Source of the DNA: an uncultured delta proteobacterium
GTDB taxonomy: Bacteria > Desulfobacterota > Binatia > UBA9968
Direction of reading: 5' to 3'
Assembly: GCA_963804165.1 (NCBI GenBank)
Contig: CAWDPO010000045.1
Coordinates: 224,001-288,000 of the forward strand
DNA length: 64,000 nucleotides
In this document: positions 23,470-32,873 of the stretch, in pieces
Numbering within the stretch: position 1 is the stretch's first letter
Layout: each line of letters opens with the position of its first letter
Notes under the pieces: generated by a model
Database searches by the model: none
What the model was told of the DNA's origin: nothing
Seen by the model: the letters and a program-made list of their open reading frames with translations, nothing else
Made by a program: the position numbers and the translations under genes

Positions 23470-24222
23470 CTACGGAATGGCGCGCAAACGTACTGTGACG
23501 CTCGTTGCGTAGCGCGCAAAGCCCAATTTCGCGGCAATTTTCAAGGAAGGACCGTTGCTTTCGAGCGTTCGGTATTGCGGGACGAGATTTCGATCAAGCA
23601 AAACCTCGGTCAACTTGCTGACCGCAGCGCGGCCGTAGCCGCGTTGCCGGTATTGGGGATGGGTCACAATGGAGATGTGCGCAATTCTCTGACCCCATAG
23701 ATCGTAACCGGCGAGCGTAACGAGCTCTTCTCCGGCGAATATACCGATGCTTGGGTTTCCACCGAGATCGCGTCCTCCATGTTCCCATTCCGCGGGCTCG
23801 CAAGCTGCGCGCAGCAACGACACCGCCGCAGCGTGAGCCTTGTTCAACAAGGTCGTCGTAGGCGCTTCAATCGCGCGAAACATTACACGTTCGGTGTAGC
23901 CGATGAATGCCGGCCCGATGATTCTATCAACTCGGTCTCCGATCAAAGAGCGAAGGCGCGCGCCATCAACAACGTCTGAAGCCGGCCATGTTTGCGCTTC
24001 CAGTGCGAGAAAAGAATATAACTCACGCGGCAGCGAGATGATTGGGGCGGTTCCGACCAATAGAATAAAGATTCCCATGAAGTCGGCGTACTGATCGGGA
24101 TGCGCAACGACGACGGTGCGCTCAGCGCGCAACTGTTCGCGGGAGCAGCCCACGTCGTGGGACCAGAACTCATCTACGGTTCGAAGCGTAGCTTCCCTCA
24201 GGTTGGGGATTTCATGCGTCAT
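23470..24222 (-). CDS. GNAT N-acetyltransferase
   Basis: ISIVTHPQYRQRGYG, N.PSLKIAAKLGF. Confidence 0.85.
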   Translation of the reverse strand: MTHEIPNLREATLRTVDEFWSHDVGCSREQLRAERTVVVAHPDQYADFMGIFILLVGTAPIISLPRELYSFLALEAQTWPASDVVDGARLRSLIGDRVDRIIGPAFIGYTERVMFRAIEAPTTTLLNKAHAAAVSLLRAACEPAEWEHGGRDLGGNPSIGIFAGEELVTLAGYDLWGQRIAHISIVTHPQYRQRGYGRAAVSKLTEVLLDRNLVPQYRTLESNGPSLKIAAKLGFARYATSVTVRLRAIP

Positions 24223-24272
24223 AGACGCTCGGGAACGACAGCTTATAATCACTGAGCGGCACGGCCAGGTTC

Positions 24273-25304
24273 CTACTTCAGGATCTCTTTCATCTTGCTC
24301 ACCAACGTCGGCTCAAGCTTGAACAACTCTCTGACCTGTTTCTCGATCTCAACGCCGTCGATGGGATCGAGATCGAGCTTTGCCTTTTGCGTGTCGGCCA
24401 AAAACTCCGGGTCTTTCATCGTGTCCATAAAGGCTTTGCGCAGAAGGCGCACGCGGTCTTTGGGAGTTCCCGGCGGCAACACGTAAAAGCGATTGAGTAC
24501 GCCGTTGACGCGCGCCGACGTTAGAATCAATTTCTTGGCGTCCTCACTTTTCGCCAAATCGACCGCCCAAGGAACATGGGGCACTTCGGGATGCGGTTTA
24601 AGATTCCCTTGCACCAAGAGTACGACTTCGCCTTTGTCCATCTCAGCGCGCCAAGTCGACTTGAACGACTCCCATGAATTACACGCGCCTTGAACTTCGC
24701 CGGCGTTGAATGCCAGGCGCACCGGAGCCGTGCCTTTGTAGCCGGAAACCAGTTGAAGCGGCAATCCCAGGGTAGCTCTCAACACTTTCGGAATGTCGTC
24801 GGTGCCACCGCCAGGCGCCACGCCGCCGATCTTGATTACCGTGCCGGAGGCCTTCCACTGTTCGATGCTGGTGATGCCTGTGGATTTCGCCACGCCGATC
24901 ATGAAGTTGTCCTGCGCCGGCACGCCGAGAAATTCGAACTTCGGCGCGTCGAATTCGATTCCGGGAAGACCGAGCAACTGCTGAAAAGAAAGTCCGCCGA
25001 TAAAGTTGCCGATCGTGAGGCCGTCCGGCTTGGCGACCTTGTAGACGTAGTTGGCCGCGAGCAAGCTCGCTGCGCCGGGCATGTTGTCGACGACCGTCGT
25101 CGGATTGCCGGGAATATGTTTGCCGATGTGGCGGGCAATCACGCGCGAGTAGGTATCGAACCCGCCCCCCGGCGCCAGCCCGACAATGAGCCTGATGGTT
25201 TTTCCCTTGTAGAAATTTTCCTGCGCAAAAACGGACGCCGACTGGGCGGCGATAATCAAAACGAGGCTGAACGCCAACAACAAGCAACGTGCGCTCCGAG
25301 ACAT
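24273..25304 (-). CDS. Bug/TctC tripartite tricarboxylate transporter substrate-binding protein
   Basis: FYKGKTIRLIVGLAPGGGFD, NMPGA, KPDGLT, GYKGT, PPGTP. Confidence 0.92.
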   Translation of the reverse strand: MSRSARCLLLAFSLVLIIAAQSASVFAQENFYKGKTIRLIVGLAPGGGFDTYSRVIARHIGKHIPGNPTTVVDNMPGAASLLAANYVYKVAKPDGLTIGNFIGGLSFQQLLGLPGIEFDAPKFEFLGVPAQDNFMIGVAKSTGITSIEQWKASGTVIKIGGVAPGGGTDDIPKVLRATLGLPLQLVSGYKGTAPVRLAFNAGEVQGACNSWESFKSTWRAEMDKGEVVLLVQGNLKPHPEVPHVPWAVDLAKSEDAKKLILTSARVNGVLNRFYVLPPGTPKDRVRLLRKAFMDTMKDPEFLADTQKAKLDLDPIDGVEIEKQVRELFKLEPTLVSKMKEILK

Positions 25305-25577
25305 GGAGACCTCCTTGGTGGAAAAATGACCGCCCTCTGAGTAGCATCGGACATCGGATGCCCGTGATCTTCCCGACGTGGTCGCGATTAGAGCAATTTT
25401 CATGTGAGCAAACAACTGAAAAGTTTGACCCTCTGACGGTCACCGCAGCAAGTTACCGAGCTGCGACAGAATAGCCTTCGACTGAAACTGCGGCGAAACT
25501 CGATCATCCCGGCCGATGATGAGAATAGAAAAATTCTATTTGACTGAAACGCGGAGGTTGCCTAATATGCCGCGCTT

Positions 25578-26468
25578 ATGGATACCCGGATTGGCGGTTT
25601 CGCCACGATTCGAAAACTTTCGAGATTTATCGAGCGACGATCCCCAAAAACACTGGTTGCCTGCGCGATCTTAACGACGGTTCTTTTGGGTATCTTCGAC
25701 TTGCAGACAGGAGCCGAAGTCCATTTCTTACTCCTTTACCTGGTTCCCATTTTCATCGGCAGTTGGTTTGTTTCCCGGGAAGTCGGAGTTTATCTGGCGT
25801 TTTTTGGTTCATTGACTTGGTTCGCTGCGGATTCGCTGAGCGGCCGCTCCTACTCTTCCGTCTGGATCGCGTACTGGAATCTGCTGATGCGCACGAGCGT
25901 GTTCGTCCTGTTCGCGGTCACGCAGGCGCACCTGCGCGCAAAACTGAATGAGCTTTCGAAGCTGGCCAGCCGCGACTTTCTCACCGGACTGCCGAACGGT
26001 CATGCCTTTTACCGCCTGGCGGCCAAAGAAATGGACCGGGCGTTTGGCCTGGAGCCGATGACTTTGGCTTGTATCGATGTCACTGGATTCCATTGGGTCA
26101 ACCATCGTTTTGGCTACCCGATAGGAGATCAGATGGTTTGCAGGATTGCCCATACTATCAAACAGTACGTGCCGCGTCCCGATTTGGTCGGTCGGATGGG
26201 CGGCACCTCGTTCGCCGTATTGTTGCCTAACGTAGCTTCAGATACCGCGAATTTTATTCTCAAAGGGGTTCACCACGCGTTGAATGAAGAGCGGCGGAAG
26301 TTTTCTCACCCGCTAACGTTCTTTATCAGCGCGATTGCCTGTACCAAGGCGCCGCGCACGGTCGCGGAGCTATTGCACGAGGCCGATGCCCAAATGACTC
26401 GCATGAAGGGCGGCAAAAGGGATTCGCTGCAAGTAGCCAAAGTCGATGATCTGCCGATGTTAAACTGA
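25578..26468 (+). CDS. Membrane-anchored GGDEF-domain protein with degenerate active site (GGTSF)
   Basis: Four TM helices, then DFLTGLPN, VNHRFGYPIGD, GRMGGTSFAVLL. Confidence 0.85.
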   Translation: MDTRIGGFATIRKLSRFIERRSPKTLVACAILTTVLLGIFDLQTGAEVHFLLLYLVPIFIGSWFVSREVGVYLAFFGSLTWFAADSLSGRSYSSVWIAYWNLLMRTSVFVLFAVTQAHLRAKLNELSKLASRDFLTGLPNGHAFYRLAAKEMDRAFGLEPMTLACIDVTGFHWVNHRFGYPIGDQMVCRIAHTIKQYVPRPDLVGRMGGTSFAVLLPNVASDTANFILKGVHHALNEERRKFSHPLTFFISAIACTKAPRTVAELLHEADAQMTRMKGGKRDSLQVAKVDDLPMLN

Positions 26469-26907
26469 CCGTAGCGGCATTCAATCGGAGAGAAAGTGGC
26501 AGTCGGCGGTCTTGTTCGAAAGAATCATCCTGGACTCGGCAAAGGCGCGAGGCTTTTTCCCTCGTAGCACGACCGCTTGCGAATTATTACCACTCGCTGC
26601 AGCAACGCCATCCTCCGCTAGCCGCAAGATTCTCCAATCGTTTTGATGAGCGCGGTGCCTCGCAGTCTCCCTGCTCGGGCGCGATATGATTCCCTGCGAG
26701 TAACTGAAGCTGCGCCGACCTTCGTTTCTGCATTGCCGTCGGCCAATTCAGGGCTCATGCGTTGAATGCGGCCACCGCGACTTGATCGTAGCCGACGACT
26801 TCTTAGCTGTCGTTGCCCGCCCGCTCTTCGTTTTTGACCATGCGCATGGGATAATTCGCCTATCCGTAAAACGCGCCGTTACGCCGCCGCCGCGCCAAAT
26901 TATCACG

Positions 26908-28219
26908 ATGCAATTTTCATTTTTTGTCGAATCGCCGCTCTGGCGTTCGTTGCACCATCGCAATTATCGGCTTTACCTTATCGGGCAACTGATTTCCGTA
27001 TGCGGTACCTGGATGCAGCAGGTCGCCCAAAGCTGGCTCGTGTATCGCCTCACCGGCTCGGCCACGTTGCTCGGGCTGGTTGGCTTCGCCACGCAGATTC
27101 CCGTGTTCGCACTCGGCGCACTCGGCGGCGTCATCAGTGACCGCTACTCATCGCACCGGGTCGCCGTCTGGACCCAGAGCGCGGCGCTGCTGCAAGCGAT
27201 CGTTCTCTCGGCGCTCACGCTGACGGGTTGGATTCAGCCGCTTCACATCATTCTCCTGGGTGTCATCCTGGGCGTCGTCAACGCCTTCGATATGCCCGCG
27301 CGCCAGGCGCTGGTGCACAAGCTGGTTGCCATTGATGATTTGCCGAATGCCGTGGCGCTTAATTCTTCGATGATCAACGCGGCGAATCATCGGGCCGGGC
27401 CTAGCCGGCATCGTGGTCGCCAAGCTCGGCGAAGGCGCATGCTTCCTGATCAACGCTCTCAGTTATCTGGCGGTCATCGTCGCGCTGTTAGCCATGAAAC
27501 TGCCTCGTCAAACCGCCCAGCCGACCGAACATTTGTCCCTGGCGCATTCGCTGGCCGAAGGGATTCGATACACGTTTGCCACCGCGCCGATACGCGACGT
27601 TCTGCTGCTACTGGGCGTCGTCGGTGTCATGGGAATGCCTTACATCACGCTGATGCCGGTTTTCGCGGCGGACGTGCACAAAAGCGGCGCTGACGCGCTG
27701 GGAGTGATGATGGGCGCGGTCGGCTTGGGCGCGCTGATCGGAGCGCTTTCTCTAGCCCGGCGAAAATCTGTGATCGGCCTCGGCCGTGTCATTGCGATGG
27801 CGACTTTAGGTTTTGGCGTGGCGTTGATTGCCTTTACCTTGTCGAATCTTTTTTGGCTCACGTTGTTGCTACTTACCGCTGTCGGGATGGGTTGGATGGT
27901 GTTGATCGCCGCCAGCAACACGGCGCTGCAAACCCTCGCCGACGACGCCATGCGCGGCCGGGTAATGAGTCTGTTTTCGATGATGCTGGTCGGGATGGCG
28001 CCATTTGGCAGCCTGTTGGCAGGTTGGTTTGCCGATCAGGTCGGCGCGCCGTTGGTCGTCGCCGTGGGTGGCGTGGGTTGTGCGCTGGCGGGTCTCTTTT
28101 TTGCGCGCCAACTGCCGCGTCTACGCGAAGCCGCGCGCTCGATATTGGTGGCGCGCGGCATCATCATCGAACCGACGACCGCGGGCGAAACCGTCGGCGT
28201 TGATCCCGCTTCAAATTAG
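26908..28219 (+). CDS. MFS transporter (MFS_3-like), frameshift near 27385
   Basis: RNYRLY..GQLISVCGTWMQQVAQSWLV, AFDMPARQ, NAVALNS, MRGRVMS. Confidence 0.88.
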
Positions 28220-28305
28220 CTTCGTCTTAATACCGTGCAACCCAATCCTCGCTGCAACCTTCGCGCACGAGCGCGCCGTTGGCGCATTCGTCGCACTCGA
28301 TTCGC

Positions 28306-29301
28306 CTAGCGGTAAAGCGCATCGATGAACCCAGTTTTATCGAGTTCCCGCAAAATGCCGTCGTCGTAAAATCTCTTGGGGTCCTGGCCCTTTGCTTTCG
28401 GATTGACCTGCGCTAGCTCGTTCATCACCGAGCGAAATGCTTCCGCGCTTGGGTAGGGACGTGACTTTAAATATTTGGTCACGGCGAATTCATAAGTTTC
28501 GTCGAGCAACTCGCGATCTTTTGTGCGCAGATATTTTCCCATCACTTCCATCGCGAACGCTTTGTCCTTTTTCACCCGCGCAATCGCTTCCAGATAAGCC
28601 CGCAAAAAGTTCATCGCGATTTCACGGCGCTGTTGCATGAAACTTCGTCGCAACGTGATCCCGTTGGCGGCATAGGGCGTGCCGAGCGATGCGATGTCCA
28701 AGATTTCGCGAAAGCCTTCGCGGCGCGCCTGGACGATCGTCGGATAGGAAAGAATCGCCGCGTGAATGCGACCGCCGCGCAGCGCCGCAACAGCCGAGGA
28801 TACCGCGCCGACCTGCACTAGCGAGACATCTTTGATCGGTTCCAGGCCGTAATGTTGAATCGCGATGCGCGCCGCCGTGTCGATGGAGGTGCCGAAGCGG
28901 CTTATGCCGATCGACTTGCCCTTTAGATCTTCCGGTTTTTGAATGGCGGGGCCGACCACCAGACTCGTCAAAAGGCGGTCATTGATCAGCGCCATGCTGA
29001 GCACGTCGGCGCCGCCAATGGCCGCGCTCGCTGTCGTGCTGCCGGCGATGGCGAGAAACTCGATTTCGCCCGCGATCATCGCAGCCATCCCCTCGGTGCC
29101 GCTCGGAAAAGCAATGAGATCGATATCGAGTCCATACTTTTTGAATAAACCGGAATCGCGTGCCGCCCATAGCGGCGTAATGTTACCCGACAACGACGCG
29201 TATCCGGCTCTGAGCTTGCGGCCCTCCTGCGCCAATGCGTCTGCAGGTCGTAAAACAATCAGACCGAGAAAAAACAGCGCCAACCATCTAGGTGTCGTCA
29301 T
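28306..29301 (-). CDS. ABC substrate-binding protein (SsuA/THI5/NMT1-like)
   Basis: GLFKKYGLD, DLKGKSIGISRFGTSID; tandem paralog of the 29312 gene. Confidence 0.9.
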   Translation of the reverse strand: MTTPRWLALFFLGLIVLRPADALAQEGRKLRAGYASLSGNITPLWAARDSGLFKKYGLDIDLIAFPSGTEGMAAMIAGEIEFLAIAGSTTASAAIGGADVLSMALINDRLLTSLVVGPAIQKPEDLKGKSIGISRFGTSIDTAARIAIQHYGLEPIKDVSLVQVGAVSSAVAALRGGRIHAAILSYPTIVQARREGFREILDIASLGTPYAANGITLRRSFMQQRREIAMNFLRAYLEAIARVKKDKAFAMEVMGKYLRTKDRELLDETYEFAVTKYLKSRPYPSAEAFRSVMNELAQVNPKAKGQDPKRFYDDGILRELDKTGFIDALYR

Positions 29302-29311
29302 CACGGAATCC

Positions 29312-30322
29312 TTAGCGATAGAGCGCATCGATGAATCCGCTGCTTTGCAAATCGCGCACGAAGCGGTCGTCAAAAAATCTCTTCGGGTCCTCAGCTTTCG
29401 CTTTGGGATTTCGTGTGGCTAGCTCGTCGAGCACCGGCCTGATGGCTTCAACAGTCGGCATCGGCACTTTCAGCAAATATTTGTTGGCATAGATATCGTA
29501 GGCTTCCGAAAGTTGCTCAGTATCGTTGGTGCGCAAAAATTTGCCCATGACGCTCACGGTAAACGACCGATCTTGCTTCATCCGCGCGATCGCCTCAACT
29601 TGCGCGGTCATGTATTTGCGCACCAACTCCGGTTCCTTGCGAATCACCTCGCCGCGCGTCGCAATCCCGGTGGACGCATAAGGCAGGTTCAAGGCGGCGA
29701 TATCGAGCAGCTCGCGAAAGCCGAGTTTTTTAGCCCGGCCAATCGCCGGATAGGAAAGGATGCCACCCTGCACACGACCCCCGGCCATCGCCGGCACGAT
29801 GGATTCCATGCCGCCGATCTGAATGATCGATACGTCTTTTTCCGGCACCAGGCCGAAGTGGCGCAGCGCGATACGCGCGCCGGTGTCGATCGTGGTGCCG
29901 AAGCGACTTATGCCGATCGACTTGCCGCGTAGTTGTTCAGCTTTTTCAATCTCCGGACGAACCATTAAATTCAATACCAACGTGCCGATCGTCGTGCCGA
30001 TAACGATCACATCGGCGCCACCCACGGCAGCGCTAACGGTGGTCGCGCCGGCGATTTGCAAGAACGTGATTTCACCGGCGATGAGCGCGTTCATGCCTTC
30101 CACGCCGCTTGGCGTAGCGATGACTTCAACTTCCAAGCCGTGTTTCTTAAAGATCCCGGCTTCCCGCGCCAGCCACGGCACCGCCATCGAGCCCGACAGC
30201 GACGTGATCGCAACACGTAGCTTGCGCGGCGGCGACTCCGCGGCGTTGGAGGCCCGCGCCGCGAAAGACAGGAAAACTAGACACCCAATTAGAAATAATA
30301 ATTGCTCAGTGACTCGTTTCAT
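29312..30322 (-). CDS. ABC substrate-binding protein (SsuA/THI5/NMT1-like)
   Basis: GIFKKHGLE, LRGKSIGISRFGTTID; shares C-terminal GFIDALYR with the 28306 gene. Confidence 0.9.
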   Translation of the reverse strand: MKRVTEQLLFLIGCLVFLSFAARASNAAESPPRKLRVAITSLSGSMAVPWLAREAGIFKKHGLEVEVIATPSGVEGMNALIAGEITFLQIAGATTVSAAVGGADVIVIGTTIGTLVLNLMVRPEIEKAEQLRGKSIGISRFGTTIDTGARIALRHFGLVPEKDVSIIQIGGMESIVPAMAGGRVQGGILSYPAIGRAKKLGFRELLDIAALNLPYASTGIATRGEVIRKEPELVRKYMTAQVEAIARMKQDRSFTVSVMGKFLRTNDTEQLSEAYDIYANKYLLKVPMPTVEAIRPVLDELATRNPKAKAEDPKRFFDDRFVRDLQSSGFIDALYR

Positions 30323-30431
30323 CGTTTATCCTTGGCTCCATTCGACGAGCCTCGGCCAAACACACCGGGGGCGCGTTCATGACTTCAACATTGCGGGGCA
30401 AAGATTTTCAAATCCGCGAAAGGAGCTTTCT

Positions 30432-31421
30432 TTATCGTGCCGGATTCAATCCCAGCTCCTGCTGGGCGCGCCGCAGATAACTCATGTCGAGATATTTTTC
30501 CGGCGCCGGATAGGGACGGCTTTTGAACAATCTCTCGCCCATCAAATCGATCAAGCGCTGAAAGCCCTCGCGATTCACCGACCCGTCGCGGCTGATGATG
30601 CCCTGAGAAAGATATTCCTCGACGGTGGCCCGCGTGTATTTAAGCGGTATGCCGGTGCGCTTGCTGACCAGCTCGGCCGCTTGATCCCGGTTAGCGTGTG
30701 CCCACTGCATCGCCCGCACCATCGCTTTGAGGTAACGCACCGTCAGTTGACTGTTCGCTTCGGCCCAGCGGCTGTCGACAATCAAGCTATGAAACTGCAA
30801 GTTCGGGATATAGTCGGACAGTCGCGCGACTTCCAAAAAGCCTAGCTCGCGCGAACGCGGCAGGTCGCCGCCAAGCAGCATCGTCGCGGACGTGCTGCAA
30901 GTCTTCAGGCTGGCAAGGCGTTGTCCGGTAGGTCCGTTTTGAATGATAGTGTAGTCGCGATTGAGTTCTAGGCCTTCGGCTTTGAGCATCTCGCGCAGGA
31001 AAATCGTGCTGCCGGAAACCAGACTGACGACGCCGACCATCGTGCCCTTGAGTTCTTTGATCGATTTGTATTTGGCACAAGTCACCAGCGTGTAGGCCGC
31101 AATCGGCACCGTGCCGCCGATGATTTTGAGCGCCGCGCCCCGCTCCACCGCGTTGATTGCCGCAGACGGATCGACGATCGCCACGTTCACCTGACCGGCG
31201 ATGAGCGCTTGAATCAGCGTATCGGTCGAGCCGATCAGCACGACGTCGCCGTGAATTCCCTCTTGCGTGAAGAACCCTTTGTCCGTGGCTGCATAGTTGG
31301 GCAATTGTTCTACGGTGCGGGACACGTTGCCGATAATCACGCGATCCGCGCCGTAACCGAATGATACAAATAAACCAACCAGCAGAAAAGCCGCGCAGCA
31401 CGTCGACGATTTTGTCTGCAT
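30432..31421 (-). CDS. ABC substrate-binding protein (SsuA/THI5/NMT1-like)
   Basis: Signal peptide; KGFFTQEGI, ELKGTMVGV..SGST. Confidence 0.9.
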   Translation of the reverse strand: MQTKSSTCCAAFLLVGLFVSFGYGADRVIIGNVSRTVEQLPNYAATDKGFFTQEGIHGDVVLIGSTDTLIQALIAGQVNVAIVDPSAAINAVERGAALKIIGGTVPIAAYTLVTCAKYKSIKELKGTMVGVVSLVSGSTIFLREMLKAEGLELNRDYTIIQNGPTGQRLASLKTCSTSATMLLGGDLPRSRELGFLEVARLSDYIPNLQFHSLIVDSRWAEANSQLTVRYLKAMVRAMQWAHANRDQAAELVSKRTGIPLKYTRATVEEYLSQGIISRDGSVNREGFQRLIDLMGERLFKSRPYPAPEKYLDMSYLRRAQQELGLNPAR

Positions 31422-31436
31422 GTCCGTCCTTTCCCC

Positions 31437-32306
31437 TCACGCTTTCTGATAGTAGTTAGCATAATAGTAGTCCGCAATCTCAGCTCCCGTCGCTTTCCAT
31501 ACCCCATCGTGCGCGCAAATATATTCAAGCGCTTTGTCGAGGTATTTGATGCGGAACGCCAAGCCGATCACAAACGGATGCAGCGGTATCGTCATGACTC
31601 GACCCTGGGCGGCGCCCTCGGCATACAGCGTATCGAATTGGTCGCATACCATCTGGAGCCAATCCTTGGGCGTGTGGCCGCCCTGGAAAATTACCCGGAT
31701 GTCGTTGAGGCCTTGCTGGTACGGAATCGCGACCATGCGACCTGATTTTACGCGCATCGCACAAGGTTGATCGTCGAAGCCCCAATCACAAACGTAATCG
31801 AAACCCTCCGCCGCCAGATGGTCCAACGTGTGCGGACTCTCGTCGCCGCCGCCGGGGCCGAGCCAACCACGCGGCGCTTTGCCGGTCGCCGCCGCGATGG
31901 TTTCGCGTATTTGCCGAACGACCGAACGCTCCTCCTCGGCCGGATATTGAGTCATCCGGATATTATTGGTCACGCCGTGGCCGAGCCACTCCCATTTTCG
32001 TTTATTGCCTTCCTCGATGATCGCCGGATGATGCGCGCACACATCGGCATTCAATAAAACCGTGGCCCGGATACCATGCTTTTCCAATACATCCATCATG
32101 CGAAACACGCCGATGCGCGAGCCGTAGTCACGCAGCGCATAGCCGGTCACGTCCGGCAACAGCGCATGGGCCGCGCCGGGAATGACTTTGTCAATGTGAA
32201 AGAACTCGATATTTGGGGCAACCATCAGGGCAACGCGCGCGCCGCCGTGCCATTTGAACGGTTTTCGTCTAGTGATCGGGGAATATTCGTAACGGTCGGT
32301 TTCCAT
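31437..32306 (-). CDS. Polysaccharide deacetylase family protein (PuuE/allantoinase-like CE4)
   Basis: RDYGSRIGVFR, EWLGHG, PRGWLGPG, DDQP, LHPF.IG..FRI. Confidence 0.88.
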   Translation of the reverse strand: METDRYEYSPITRRKPFKWHGGARVALMVAPNIEFFHIDKVIPGAAHALLPDVTGYALRDYGSRIGVFRMMDVLEKHGIRATVLLNADVCAHHPAIIEEGNKRKWEWLGHGVTNNIRMTQYPAEEERSVVRQIRETIAAATGKAPRGWLGPGGGDESPHTLDHLAAEGFDYVCDWGFDDQPCAMRVKSGRMVAIPYQQGLNDIRVIFQGGHTPKDWLQMVCDQFDTLYAEGAAQGRVMTIPLHPFVIGLAFRIKYLDKALEYICAHDGVWKATGAEIADYYYANYYQKA

Positions 32307-32873
32307 AGAGTGAACTCCTGGTCTCGATAGGAATCATCTAGAAAAGAAGGCTATGACAAGAAAGGTCGAAGCGTCAAGAAGATCATCGCCGGGGGATTTT
32401 AGCGCAAGGCTCGAGGTGGTCACTTGGCAACATTGATTGTGAATTCGCGGCACGGCAGCGCCATTAAGCGTCCCCCGGTTAACCCCTGGCGAGAAGCCTC
32501 ATGCGGAGCGCGCCGTGATTTTTCTCCCAAACCCGGAAGTGTGATCCGGAGACGCTGGTGAGAAAACCCTTTCGCTCACAGCCGAGGTACTCGTAAAACC
32601 CTTTATTCGAGCCGCTAAGCTCGGTGACCTCGCTGCGCATGATCCCCGTCGGCTTTATGTCCCCGTGCACGATCTTTGCTACTCTTCAGGATACAGCTTG
32701 TTATCCCGGTGCTTTAAGGAGTGATTTGGAATTACTGACAACATTGCTTTCGCTTCGTCGCACGCCTGAACGGAAATTTTACAATGAGTGACAATTTGAC
32801 AGACGATTTTGTCTAACCAGGAAAGATATGCGCGCAATCGAACTGCTCTGACCTAAACTCACCACGAAACCAT

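Noticed and set aside
24679-25443. Long alternative-frame or antisense ORFs (also 29823-30845, 59137-59865, 60254-60985, 61136-61945)
   Set aside because: They overlap well-supported genes and are Arg/Ala-rich shadows typical of high-GC DNA
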